A stretch of 63,752 nucleotides of DNA, filler included, from Pirum gemmata (lineage: Eukaryota), in NCBI GenBank assembly GCA_002812295.1. It is 26 parts of 26 records of this genome, joined end to end, with 100 filler letters (N's around TTAATTAATTAA, not from the genome) between each part and the next. Parts side by side here need not be neighbours in the genome. Positions count along the whole stretch, not along the records: positions 11,830 to 14,070 come from PDIN01007253.1; positions 14,171 to 17,143 come from PDIN01007254.1; positions 17,244 to 19,509 come from PDIN01007255.1; positions 19,610 to 21,877 come from PDIN01007256.1; positions 21,978 to 25,194 come from PDIN01007257.1; positions 25,295 to 27,565 come from PDIN01007258.1; 20 more parts are not named here. The stretch is one strand, 5' to 3'. Shown here one piece after another: positions 13,221 to 26,574 of this stretch. The notes under the pieces are model-generated. The model searched no databases, had not been told where the DNA came from, and saw nothing but the letters and a program-made list of their open reading frames with translations. Made by a program: the position numbers and the translations under genes. Position 1 is the first letter of the stretch. Each line of letters begins with the position of its first letter.

Positions 13221-14170
13221 GAAATAGACGAAACTCTATGTTATACTAAAAACAGCTAACCATTATTATAATATATTTATATAACTCTAGAGTCCAGAGC
13301 ATCAAATACAGCTTCAAATACTCCTACCTACCTACCCCTCGACGTTAATTTCCAGTCAAATACCACCTACCTACCTACCCCTTGACGTGNNNNNNNNNNN
13401 NNNNNNNNNNNNNNNNNNNNNNNNNNNNNNNNNNNNNNNNNNNNNNNNNNNNNNNNNNNNNNNNNNNNNNNNNNNNNNNNNNNNNTTGGTATATTTTATA
13501 ATATATTTATTTATTTAAAAGTATCAATTTAAATATTATAAACAACCAAATAAATATTCGGAGTGACAAAATAAATGAAAAGCACGATAATATATTATGA
13601 TACATTAATTAATTATATAATAATATTTTCTTCTCTTATAATATTAATAATTTTCTAATCTCTCAAATTTGAGATAATCATTTCATTTTGGTCCACAGAC
13701 CTAACTAAATTCTACCAGCTCACAGTCCACTTCACCTAATCTTACCTATGTCTCTTTGCCCAAAACACTTCTGGTCATAATTCTAAAATTTATTTTAATA
13801 ATTAATTACTGCCTAAAACAGTTTAAGTCACACTTTCGAGCAATGACTTCTATCAAAGAATAAGTGAAGTCTTTTTTATTGTTCCCTTAGTCTATTTATT
13901 GGTCTGCTTGCAGAGAGAGAGCCAAATATATTATAATAAATTAGGTGCGTGCGTACAGTCCCACACTCCCAACTTCCCAAGCACCACTCAGTAGGGGTGA
14001 GATGACGTTATTTTATTATTACCGAACAGCTGCCGAAACTTTTCCGATTTTATGGTTTTTATTACTATTANNNNNNNNNNNNNNNNNNNNNNNNNNNNNN
14101 NNNNNNNNNNNNNNTTAATTAATTAANNNNNNNNNNNNNNNNNNNNNNNNNNNNNNNNNNNNNNNNNNNN

Positions 14171-14840
14171 ATTGGCACCGAAGGAGGGTTAGAATAGTGT
14201 TGGCAAAATTCGTTAGCTGAGATTCGAAATGTTTTGTTCCCAAATTGTCTATCTCCTACTACGTCACATTGTATTGAATTATTTACGACTGAGGCTATTA
14301 TATACAATATTATTATATATATTATTTATATATACAATATTATATTTATAATTAATTATTTTGTATTGTATTAAAATAATAAAATATTATAATGAATTTT
14401 TTTAAATGATTGATTGATTTATAATTATAATTTATGATTAATGTTTTTTGTAATTTGTGATTCATTAGTCGTGAGAGGGTGAGTTATATTATATGATTTA
14501 TGGTTTATGATTTATGATTAAATTTTATGATTTATGATTTATGATTTATGATGATCTATATAATATGAATATATGGTTTAAAAATTTATGTTCTATGATT
14601 TATGATTTATGATTTATGATTTGTGGCTAAAACGAAAATAAGAACCCATGTGGGATATTCAGAAATTTTTTATATTATATTTAAGGTTAAGATTAGGATT
14701 AAGGTTAGGGTTAAGATTAATTATAATGTTTTATGCATTAATAAATACCTGTAGCTGTACATTTACCATCACCAACATAACAAGTTAAAGCGCCTACTTT
14801 TTCAGAACATGAGCAAAATTCCAAGCAAAAAATATCATAC
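14171..14840 (-). CDS. Two exons (14840-14749 and 14294-14171) of a Cys-rich protein, partial
   Basis: A phase-1 junction gives YDIFCLEFCSCSEKVGALTCYVGDGKCTATASVVNNSIQCDVVGDRQFGNKTFRISANEFCQHYSNPPSVP. Confidence 0.55.
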
Positions 14841-15551
14841 CTAGTTGTAAAAGTTTAAGAGAATTAGTGNNNNNNNNNTATTATTATTATTATTATTATT
14901 CAATATTTACTTATTACACATTTAATGATTATCATCATTTACAAATAAAATAAATAATTGCTAAACCCAACAATGTTTTTGATATTTATTTGCAAGCCTA
15001 ATAATAAAATTTTAATAAAATTAAATGACGACGAACAAGTACAACGTTAATTAGCACGAGTAAAATATTTAATTTATTACCACTTATTACGAATACCAAT
15101 AGAACAGTATAATTGTAAGCTGTTTCTGTTGTTGTGATGATGATATGGTGATGATAATGATGATGATGATGTTGGTGCTGTTGTTGCTGATGTTGTTTGT
15201 GTACTTTATAGTTTTCCTTTGTACTTGTACACAATGTGAGTGGACTTGAATTTAAATTAACATTTTATATAATATTAATAAAAATTATTATATTTATAGA
15301 TAACCTATCAATAAATAGATAGTAATAATAAATTCTACATCTCTGACCCCAAATTTAACGCATTAACAACAAGTACTAATAAAACTCCAACGAGAACGTT
15401 GCTCGTAACCAAACATTATTTATAATTAAGTTTATTTATTTTTGTATAATATTCAAATTAATTTTAATAAAATTTGATATGACTTACTTCACCTTTAATT
15501 TTTTGCCCTACTTAATAATATCATACTATATATAGTATATATTATATATAT

Positions 15552-15605
<54 letters not shown>

Positions 15606-15755
15606 TAATATTTTTATTAATACTTGTTTATTTTTTAGTTTTACTATAATCTTATGTTTTGTGACTGGTCCAGTTTATATATCAATAATTGTATTAATAT
15701 TTTAAGGACAGTATAATAATATTATGCTGTTTCTGTTATTGTGATGATGATATGG

Positions 15756-15831
<76 letters not shown>

Positions 15832-16069
15832 GGTAAACTTTATAGTTTTCCTTTTTGTGGCTTTACATTAGTAATACATAATAAATACATATTATATGAT
15901 GAAATTAATATATTGATCATCGTGTATGATACCATATTATGCTTTTCATTTATTTTGTAGCTCTGAATATTTATTTGGAGGGTTATAATCTTTAAATTGA
16001 CATTTTTAAATCAATAAATAGATAATATACGGCTGGGTTCAAATTTGTAGTACACATGAAAATAAACAG

Positions 16070-16280
16070 TAGGGGTGAGATGACGTCATTTTATTATTAC
16101 CGAACAGCTGCCGGAACTTTTCCGATTTATGGTTTTTATTACTATTGATGTTAATATTGTTACTTAAATTGGTATCTACTATANAGCTATTTAACTGCTA
16201 TTATTAGTAAGAAACACGGAACTAAGGTTGGCTCGATAAGCATCTGTTCGAAAAAAGTTCCAGTAGATATCTCACCCCTA
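16070..16280. mobile_element. MITE family A (~210-240 bp, TIR TAGGGGTGAGAT). Other copies at 13992-14070 (cut by contig end), 43940-44152 (one end lost), 46701-46938 and 48647-48881.
   Basis: Perfect inverted ends TAGGGGTGAGAT/ATCTCACCCCTA and a highly similar interior (CCGAACAGCTGCCGGAACTTTTCCGA, CACGGAACTAAGGTTGGCTCGATAAGCATCTGTTCG) on five contigs. Confidence 0.92.
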
Positions 16281-17479
16281 CTAAATAAACCAATTTTACA
16301 AAATTCTGTATAGACAGCTACTAGAGTATTTTATACTTATGGAACTCTTAGAGGGTCTATGGCGGACTGTCTACGGATAATTTTTTCTTTGTTATGTATT
16401 TGTGAATGAAAGGCACGATACTATCGATTATAGTCTATTGGAATCTATTGTACTAAAAAGGTCTGAGAAAAAAAGGTAAAAAAAGATTATCCGAAAATAA
16501 AATGAATTTTTTTTAAAGCTAATTTTAAGAGTATTTTAAGCTACTTTAGGGACTTTTAGGGATATCTATATCTGATATTTTGTTATTTGTTCAAACAGTA
16601 CATATTATCTAACACATCATGTAAATTAAAAAACCCACAAAAAGAAACTACACTGTCAAAGCACAACACCCAACAGCAGCAGCAACAACAACAATAGAAA
16701 CAGCATTATCATAATAATGAGAAGATATAAATACAATAAAAAAAAGGTTATACTGAAGCAAAACAAACAAACAAATAAAAATTTTTAACGTTTTTTAATA
16801 ATTTATTGTATAATATTATTAAGTAATAAGCATAAAATTAAAGCAAAAGTAAATAGTAACAAATGTATTATTAATTTATAATAACCTTGAAAATTAAGAA
16901 ACTTGAAAAAAATAATGTTTGGTAGTGATACACTTACTAGCAAACTTGTTGGGTTAATACTTGTTGTTAATACGCTAAATTCGAACGCCGATGTGGGGGC
17001 TTTACTTAAAAGAAGAGCTAGAGCTCTAAAGGTTATTATTTTTACTAATAATTGGTTATTTATTTATTTATTTATTTTATTTATTTAATAATTTAAATTT
17101 AAATTTATTTTATTTTGTTTTATTTTATTTTATTTTATTTTATNNNNNNNNNNNNNNNNNNNNNNNNNNNNNNNNNNNNNNNNNNNNTTAATTAATTAAN
17201 NNNNNNNNNNNNNNNNNNNNNNNNNNNNNNNNNNNNNNNNNNNTTATCACTATGATTATGATTATGATTATGATTATGATTATGATTATGATTATGATTA
17301 TGATTATAATTATAACTATTATGATTATGATTATGATTATGATTATGATTATGATTATAGTTATTATTATTATCTTCTAAGCAACAACAAAAACAAAAAA
17401 CAAAATCAATAACAAGTTTTAAATTTTTTAAATTATAACCCTCGGTTTTTTTTTTATTTATATATTTTTTTTTTTACAG

Positions 17480-18958
17480 GCTTTAACATCGGTTATGGTT
17501 ACCATCTAGCAATATTTGCAGATGATGGTTTTGAAGAATACCGAAACTTAGTGTTAGCAACCAATGGCATTACTATAATATTTGTATTTATATTTTCTTG
17601 CTTAATTGCATTGACTTGGAATGAACCTGAAATAATAGCTTTACATAAAGGTTTTATTCTGTTTTTTGCCTTTTTCGCTTACGCTGTACCTATTGCAAGG
17701 ATCGTCGCGTTAGAAGCCCCTGTAACCCCTATGCCAGACGGAACCGGATTAGAAAAATTCCGTTGGGGTTGCTTTGTATTTCTACAATGTTTTGCTAACC
17801 AATGTTCGCTCATTGGTTGTTTAGTTATCAGGCAACGAGTATTTTACGAGATTTACCATAATTATAATTTGAATCCATCCTTTTGGGTAGGTGTACCAAT
17901 TTATGTGTTGGTGTGTATATCTATCGCTGTGCCTTTCATTGCTTGTAGTTATACAGGTGTATGCACACTTGGTGTTATGTATTCCGTATTTTATTCTATG
18001 ATGATCATCATGGCTGCTATCTTTGCTTACTATCTGTACTATACTGCCGAAGCAAGTAAATGCTTTGTGCAATTTTGGGCTAATATTCGAGCATTCGTCT
18101 TGCACAATTTGGTTCAAGTATTATTTTTTAGTTTTATTTTATCCGAAGCAGCCAACGTTGGTACCTTGGAAGTATTGACCAGTCCGTACTTTGTCTGGCT
18201 TATTATTCTAGATACGTTTGCTTTACCTATGTTAAAAGCGTGTGCACGTAAATTCTTTGGTATTAATTTGTTCACCAACGTCGACGTTTTGGGTGCTCCT
18301 TATAGAGCTATGAACAATAGAGAACAGTTCTATGCTAATGTTGTCGATAAAGCTTTATATCCTGAATTTCAACGATATGCTGACTCAATGTTTGCGGGAG
18401 AAAATGTGAAATTCTTACACGAGTTCTATACACTAAAAGGGTAAGTTATACATACGTAAATTACAATTATTCTTTTTAAAAAGTCCATATCTAGGTGCAT
18501 ATATTTATATATATATATATAATTATATATGATGATTTAAATCTAAAACTAACAATCTTTCTCTTTATGTTTGCTATTTTAGTGAGGAAGAAGATCATTG
18601 CACTCGTGAATATTTGAAAGACAAAATCGACAGAATAATGGAAAAATACGTCACTGATGATTGTTCCAAAGACCAAATAAATATCTCTGATGCTATTAAA
18701 GTAAAAATGCTCAAAGTTCACTTAGAAGACAGCTGGGTTGTAGTGGATGATTTGTTTGGTAAAGCTGAAAATGCTATTAGTACCGATATCTTACTGGGTA
18801 TTTGGGGCAGCTATAAAAACACGGACGCTTATGAGAAAACTATTAAATCTTGTATACAAAGCGAAGGAACCTTCCAAAGCATTGGCAAATCAGGTAATTT
18901 ATTGTTATTATTATTATGTATATCATTTATTATTTTTTTTATTATTATTATTATTATA

Positions 18959-18990
<32 letters not shown>

Positions 18991-19217
18991 CGGTATCAAC
19001 GACATTACTATGATATTTCTTTACTTTTATTAATTATATTATTATTGTTGTTATAGGTTACAGTACTGGTACAAAGGAAAATTCTTTGTACAGTGAAAAT
19101 CGAGGTAGTACATTGGCTCCTGCTTCTGATGATGCATTGAACTATGATAGTTCTGATACTTTGAATAATATCGGTGTTTTCCCCACTGTTGACGAAGATA
19201 TCATCAACGAAGTCTAA
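17480..19217 (+). CDS. 7-transmembrane protein fused to a C-terminal RGS domain (7TM-RGS), 5'-partial. Exons 17480-18440, 18583-18893 and 19057-19217.
   Basis: Seven hydrophobic segments in exon 1, then RGS motifs EFQRYADSMFAGENVKFL, IMEKYV and DQINIS. Both introns are GT-AG with matching phases (2, then 1), with a CTAAC branch point at ~18549 and a TAA stop at 19215-19217. Confidence 0.88.
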
Positions 19218-19474
19218 ATTTCTAAATTTTTCGCTTTTTTCGTGTTACTCATGATTAGGCCACAAACCGGAGTAGAATCATATGGACAAAAGTGGTCACA
19301 ATGCTTTCTTTTAAAATACTTAAATTTATTGAAGCAGTGTCAATACATAATTATAAAGATATAATATATTAGATATGTGATTAAATCAGGTGGTATTGAT
19401 CACTGTAGTTGGAGATTATGTAACGTTTTCATATCTCTCTCTTTCTCTCTCACTCTCACTCCCACTCCCACTCC

Positions 19475-19509
<35 letters not shown>

Positions 19510-20367
19510 NNNNNNNNNNNNNNNNNNNNNNNNNNNNNNNNNNNNNNNNNNNNTTAATTAATTAANNNNNNNNNNNNNNNNNNNNNNNNNNNNNNNNNNN
19601 NNNNNNNNNTTATTATTGTTATTATTGTTATTATTGTTATTATTGTTATTATTAATGTTATTGTTATTATTGTTATTATTGTTATTATTGTTATTATTGT
19701 TATTATTGCGAACTTGGCTTGGTTTTAGTGTTTTTACTTGTAGAATTGTAAGTAGTATCATTAATTTTAAAATATATATTTTTGATATTGAATTTGAACA
19801 CACTTAATTAAGTTTTCATGAAGTTATAATATTACAAAGGTACAAAAATTAAAAAATATAATAATTATTTTTTTATTTACTATGATATCATATTAATTTA
19901 TAATGTTGTATAGCGAATCTTCAATATTTTTAGAAAGTATTTTCAAACAGATGTGCTCAACGGATTCTACAACAGTTATTAACTATTTCTATATATAAAT
20001 AAAAAAAACAGCCCTCCTAATCTTCAACATCTCTAAGTTAGATGTCTGCTAATAGACACCCCTGTGCTTATTTATTTAGAAAATTTAAAATGGTTTAAAT
20101 TTTTAAACATACTGTTCGAGTTTTGATTTGAATATCTATATTGGTTTTAATAATTTTGTCATTCCAATTAAGTTTAATTTAACATTTCTGATCTTTTACT
20201 CTTGATTTTATAATTCAGGTTTAATTTTAAAAATTCAGCTGTAATTTTATACATACATGAGTTATCGATAATATTTCTTATTATATTCCCGTGGTTTGTT
20301 TCTCCGGAATATCCCTAGTATCCCTGCGGTTCATAATATCCTTGACGTTCTAACTAACTATACAACA

Positions 20368-20805
20368 ATTAATATTTATATATCTCCGAAAGAAACCGGA
20401 GAATTCCGGAGAAGAAACCGGATAATACCGGGAAAGAACCGGAATATAGCCGGCTATCTGTGATTCTAACTAACTATACAACAATTAATATTTATATATA
20501 TCCGGAGGGAACCGGATAATACCAGATAATACCGAAAAAGAAACCGGATAATACCGGTGAATAACCAAAGGTCTAGTATCCCTGCGGTTCTAACTATCTA
20601 TACAACTATTAGTCTAATACAATTGATATTTTATATATCATAGAGTCCTTACGTTACAAATTCTCCCACTATCCGGAGTTTCGGATTCGTTTTTCACTTT
20701 CCGGGAGTTTCCGGTTCTTCCCCGGTATTCTCCGGATTCTTCTCCGGTATTCTCTGGTATTTTCTGGTATTTTCTGGTATTTTCTGGAGATATATAAATA
20801 TTAAT
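20368..20805. repeat. CCGG-rich inverted and tandem repeat block (probable fold-back transposon remnant)
   Basis: 20368-20446 (ATTAATATTTATATATCTCC...CCGGGAAAGAACCGGAA) is an imperfect reverse complement of 20709-20805, and there is a tandem copy at ~20465-20570. Confidence 0.7.
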
Positions 20806-20875
20806 GGTTTCGAATTTGCAATTGTGTTATTCATATAATACGTTTCTTATTATTATTACTATATTACAAATATAG

Positions 20876-20989
20876 TAATGTTATCCTTATATGGAATCAA
20901 GTTGTCCATATAAGTCCTGAAAAAATTGATGCTGAAATTTTTTTGACTTTGACTTTGGCACAATGGCCAGGTGATCGCCTACCATTTCG
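20876..20989 (+). CDS. Candidate isolated internal exon: NVILIWNQVVHISPEKIDAEIFLTLTLAQWPGDRLPF
   Basis: tag| and |gtaac boundaries, 114 bp, open frame, phase 2-2. Confidence 0.35.
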
Positions 20990-21307
20990 GTAACCTGATT
21001 ATAAAAGAAATAAAATAAAATTAAAAATTAAATTATAAATTTTTAACTACTAATCAAAACCTGTACATGGGTAAATAAAATAGTTATAATTAATAACGAT
21101 AATTATCATATCAAAAATAATAATAACATATAATGACAAAGAAAATAACGATAATAATCATATCTCACTAACAATAACATAATAACTTTAATCTTTTTTT
21201 TTGGCACAATGAACAGAATCTTATCGATTTTTTTATATATTCGATTAACTAATAATAATAGTAGTAGTAGTAGTAGTCGTAGCAGTAGTAGTAGTAGTAG
21301 TAGTAGC

Positions 21308-21345
<38 letters not shown>

Positions 21346-21834
21346 CAGTTAGTGGTGGTGGTGGTGGTATTGGTAGCAGTAGCAGTAGTAGGTGGTGGTG
21401 GTAGTGGTAGAAGTAGTAGTAGTAGTGGTAGTGGTAATGGTGGTAGTGGTGGTGGTAGTGGTAATGGTAGTGGTAGTGGTGTTAGTGGTAGTGGTAGTGG
21501 TAGTAGTAGTTACAGCAGTGATAGTAGTAGCAGCTAAAGTAGTAGTAGTAAGAATGATGATCATAATGTCAATAATAAGAATTAATATTTAAATAATAAT
21601 GACCATCCATTTTCCTTTTGTTAGATTGTGTTCTGTTATGTGATTTTTATGACAACAATAAATTTGGTTTTTTTCAAACTCATTAAATATATTGTTATCA
21701 TAATGAATATTATATCCATCCATCCTAAGTACATCTTCATTTTTTTTGTAATGATGAGAGCTATATGTATATATTATATAATAAAATTATTATACTTATT
21801 AGTATTATACTTATTATCATTATTATCATTATCA

Positions 21835-21869
<35 letters not shown>

Positions 21870-22299
21870 GTTATTTTNNNNNNNNNNNNNNNNNNNNNNN
21901 NNNNNNNNNNNNNNNNNNNNNTTAATTAATTAANNNNNNNNNNNNNNNNNNNNNNNNNNNNNNNNNNNNNNNNNNNNAATCCTAACCCTAACCCTAACCC
22001 TAACCTTAACCCTAACCCTAACCCTAACACCACATTTCATCATACCACACCAAATCACACCACACCACACCACACCACATTACACCACATTACACTACAT
22101 AAATATAAATGAATAAAAGTTATATTAATAAATAAATAAAATTACATTAATAAATAAAATTACATTAATAAATAAATAAAATTACATTAATAAATAAAAA
22201 AAATTACATTAATAAATAAAATTATATTTTTACAAAATAAGTAAATAAATAAATTGAATTATATTTTACAAAATAAATATAAAAATAAACAACAACAAC

Positions 22300-22337
<38 letters not shown>

Positions 22338-22338
22338 C

Positions 22339-24166
22339 CACTCAGATGAATCTCTTTCATTCTAATTAAAAACTTATAATCCACAGTACTATAATACTTT
22401 TGACTAGACAAAAAGACTTTGGGCGATTTTAATTTGGCCCAAGTGGTCGCAGGTTTGAAATTTTCGAGTTCAACATAAAGGGCAGTAAGGGTTTCTTCCG
22501 CCAGCCCTTTTAGTTGTCGGGCACGCTTTTCGGCCTTTTTCTTTTCCTCCTCCAATTTTCTTTTTTCTTCCTCGACGCGTCTTTTTTCGTCTTCGATTTT
22601 TCGGCGTTCTTCTTCTACTCTTCTTTGCTCTTCCTCGATTTTCAATCGTTTTTCTTCGGCTTTTTGACGCTCCTCTTCGGCAATCCTTTCTCGTTCTTTT
22701 CTTTTTTCTTCTGCGATTCTTTGTTTTTCTTTTAAAATGCGTTGCTCTTCTTCGTATTCAGCTTGTTTACGTTTTTCTTCCTCCTCTCTTTGTCGATTTA
22801 ATTCTTCTTGCTGTTTTTGTAAATGTTCAATTTTTTCTTTTTCTAATCTTACTTTTTCTTGGATAATCCTTAATTCTTCTTCTTTGCGTTCTTTTCGTTC
22901 TTTTTCTTGTCTTTCCCGTTCTTTTCGCTCCATCTCCTCCTTTTTTTTCCTTTCTTTTTCTAATTCTTCTTTTTCTTTTCTTTCAATTTCTTTTTCTTTT
23001 CTTTCTTGTTCTAATCTTTCTTTTTCTTGCGCCTGTTGCTTGAGTTCCTCTAGCTTACGTCTAGTCTCTTCTTGCAATTGACGTAACTCTCGTTCAGCGG
23101 CTGAAATGGCTAAATTATCATCATCATCATCAGCATCAGTATTATTATCGCTTTCATCGTCATCGTACCCCGAAGAGGCGTTGGAGTCCGAACATACGTC
23201 ATCAACCCCACCAGTCATACTAATACTATAAACTGTTTTATTCACCCCCACCTCTCCCTGAATATTTTCCATAGTAAGATGGGCGTAACTTACTACGTCA
23301 TTATAGATGTCTTCTTCCCCTTCTTCTTCATTTACATTTTTAATAGAAGAATGTCCAATACTATTTCTTTTATTAGCTTTTCCTTTCTCATTAACAGGAT
23401 TGTGATTGGTTTGTAATGATTGTGTAGCTCTAAGCGATTGGTTCTGTTCGGCTCCAACTGGTGGCGTAGGCGATAATGAAGGAGAAGGGGTATTAACGGT
23501 AGGTACGGTTTTTGCTTTATCTAGACTATCATTAGCTGTATTACGACCTTTTGATTTCATATTGATTTCATTCTTGATACTGTGGGTAAGCAGAGTTCCA
23601 GCTGATATACTGGTTTTTATAGGAGTTTTGGGTGGGCGAGGGGGTGTTGCTGTTGGTATGGTTTCTTTTGTTGCTGATTTTGGTGGAGGAGGTGAGGCAC
23701 CAGGTTTTTTCAAAATTTTCAATTGCTCTTTTGGACTATCTTGTCGCTTTTTAGGAGGTCTAGGTGGTGGTAACGATTCACCAATACTTGAAGAAATAGA
23801 ACTTGTTAAAGGTGTAGCGAGTGATCCTTCGCTTTGTGATACCCCTTTTGGTGGTAATGGTGGTACCCGAAACTTTATTGATGTTTCAGTAGAGTTATTG
23901 GGCATATCACCTTCCCGTGTCTTACTTTGTACAATACCTGTACTAAATGATTTTTCTAAAGCTTGGAGTTCAGGTGAAAAACTAAAATCCGCCAAAGAAT
24001 CAAAATTAAAATCTGGACCAGAGCTTTTCCGTCTTTGGGAAGTTTGAAAGGTTTGTAGGTTTGGTCTTTTTTCTGAAATCATTTGCGAGATAGAATTGAT
24101 ACTATCTAGAGACCCAGATCTCGTTTGCATTCTTTCTCGAAACGCACCTTTTATACTGTTCGAACC
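22339..24166 (-). CDS. Large internal exon of a Pro-rich, acidic, charged coiled-coil (E/R/K) protein, probably a signalling or cytoskeletal scaffold
   Basis: Open frame from tag|GGT (24166) to G|gtattt (22339). It carries PPLPPK and PPRPPK SH3-ligand-like motifs, a D-rich tract and a ~200-aa ER/K helix. Confidence 0.85.
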
Positions 24167-26574
24167 CTAATATATATATATATATATATTATTGTTATTT
24201 ATTCATTTATTTATTTATCTATTTNNNNNNNNNNNNNNNNNNNNNNNNNNNNNNNNNNNNNNNNNNNNNNNNNNNNNNNNNNNNNACAATACAATACAAT
24301 ACAATACAATACAATACAATACAATAGAATACAATACAATACAATACAATACAATACAATACAATACAATACAATACAATACAATATAATACAATGCAGC
24401 AATTCAATATAATATTAATATTATTAATATTAAATCATTGTTTTAATAATCATCTTCATAGTAACAATAGCAATGGATATATTATGAGTGTTTAAAGAAA
24501 GTCTAGGTTACCACCCATGGGGTTCATAATTATATATTATTAACATTATTTGGTCACTCTGAATATTTATTTGGAGGGTTATAATCTTAAAATTGACACT
24601 TTTAAATCAATATATAGATAATAAAATATACCAAATTAAATTAAATGGATGTATATGTATTAATTTGGTACTATTTATTGTATATTTTATGATGACAAAA
24701 CAAGGAGTTCTTGAAAAAAAAGTTTTTTGTTTTGGGCTCCTTGAGAGTTGAGACTTCAAAGTTAGAACTGTTAGAACTTAGAAGTATAATAGATCTAGCT
24801 AAAATTCTTTTTTTTTTTTTGCAAAACTCGTCTAAGTTCTAACTAATAATTTTTTAAAAAAAATAATCCTCGAGTAATCCTCGACTAATTATCTAATTAC
24901 AATAAATAACTCTATCCAATTACGAACGGAACAAAGACCTTTCGTGGTAGGGATATGGCACATTAGTATCCAATTGCTATTGATAGTTTTTTTTTTTTTT
25001 TAAAATTCTAAGAGAGTTCTTGTTTCTTGGGTAAATTTTCAGGGTCTAGAGTCTAGACTTGTCCCATCATTTTACTTAATGATATTATATCGAAAAAAGC
25101 GAAATATATGTATTTTTGTGTTTTATAAATTTATACTTTTTATTTACAACATTTTAGACTTTTATAAATTTATGCTCTTCTTTTCATACACACANNNNNN
25201 NNNNNNNNNNNNNNNNNNNNNNNNNNNNNNNNNNNNNNTTAATTAATTAANNNNNNNNNNNNNNNNNNNNNNNNNNNNNNNNNNNNNNNNNNNNTATTAT
25301 TATTATTATTATTATTATTATTACAACGTCACATAATATAGTGATAACTAGCTAGCCAAGTCTGGCTTCTACTTAGTTTTAAACAATGGCATAATGGTAA
25401 TAGATGTCACTATAATTACTATTTATTAATTAATATTATATAATTATATTTAAAAAAGCAAGGATGGTTGTACTCTGTGTATTACTGACTGCTTACTAAA
25501 AACATGACTTTCATAATCACCATAATTATGAAAATCATATTTATAGGAACTGTTTAATTTTTTATAATTAAAATTAGAACACAATATTATTATAACAGTT
25601 TATAACCCTTTCAGTTTTTTCATATTATCTAGAATGAAGATAAGAGAAAAATAATAAAATCAGCTCTTTTAATAATTATAATTATTACAAACTTATAAAA
25701 TGCACCTAAAAGTACCTGAACAGTACCTGAACCTAGCTAGCTATATAAACCTATACAAAATAACTTTGACCAATTTAGGATTGTAGTTAATAATAGAATT
25801 GTGATTTCCTTTTTTTTTTTTTTTTGGTGATGGTTACGAACTGTTACGATCGGAGCTCGATCGGTCTACTACTAGCTAGTAGCTAGCTAGTAGCTACTAG
25901 CTAGTAGTAGTCCGATACAAAAAGGGGGAGAGACACATGGAGAGACAAAAAAACAATATACATAAAAGTCTATTTATAGACTTATATAGTCTATATATAG
26001 GCTATATATAGTCTAAATACATATATAGTTTATACGAAATATATAATATATATTATAGTAAAAAAAATGGTTATTTTCGCCATATTTTTCGGTAATTATT
26101 TATTAGAAAGGCGAAAATAACCATATATAGTCTTTTATCAGCTAGAATCTATTACTGTCTATTATTAGTCGAGTAGGATATCTTGAAGTACCTCTAGATA
26201 CTCTCTATTGACCCTAATTTAGCCTAATTTAGTAATACAAAACGCAAACTTTCCAAAAATAAACTAAAAGTCTCTAAAAGTAGTAGTACAGATGAAAATT
26301 GAAAAGTACTAATAATACTTCATAATAATTTTTAAAGTGGTGGAATTTTCAGTGATTTTTTTTTAAAAGCACAGGCAGTTGGTAATCTTGATTTGATAAT
26401 CACAGTTTTTTAATCACATTATTCCTAAATTATATTTATATATATGTATACGTAACCACTTTAATTAATACTGGATCGTAACCACAAAAAACGAAACAAT
26501 GTTTTTTCTTAAAAACTCAAACTAACAACAAACAACAGTGATAAAAATAAGAACAACAAAGTTAAAAACAACAA

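Noticed and set aside
16030..16050. GGTTCAAAT / GGTTCGA T-loop-like words (also at 10131 and 10501) as tRNA
   Set aside because: No cloverleaf stems or D-loop. The latter two are mutated telomere repeats.
22514..24047. Plus-strand ORFs overlapping the coiled-coil gene (also 3256-3996 and 17821-18117)
   Set aside because: Antisense shadows of real exons, with no independent motifs.
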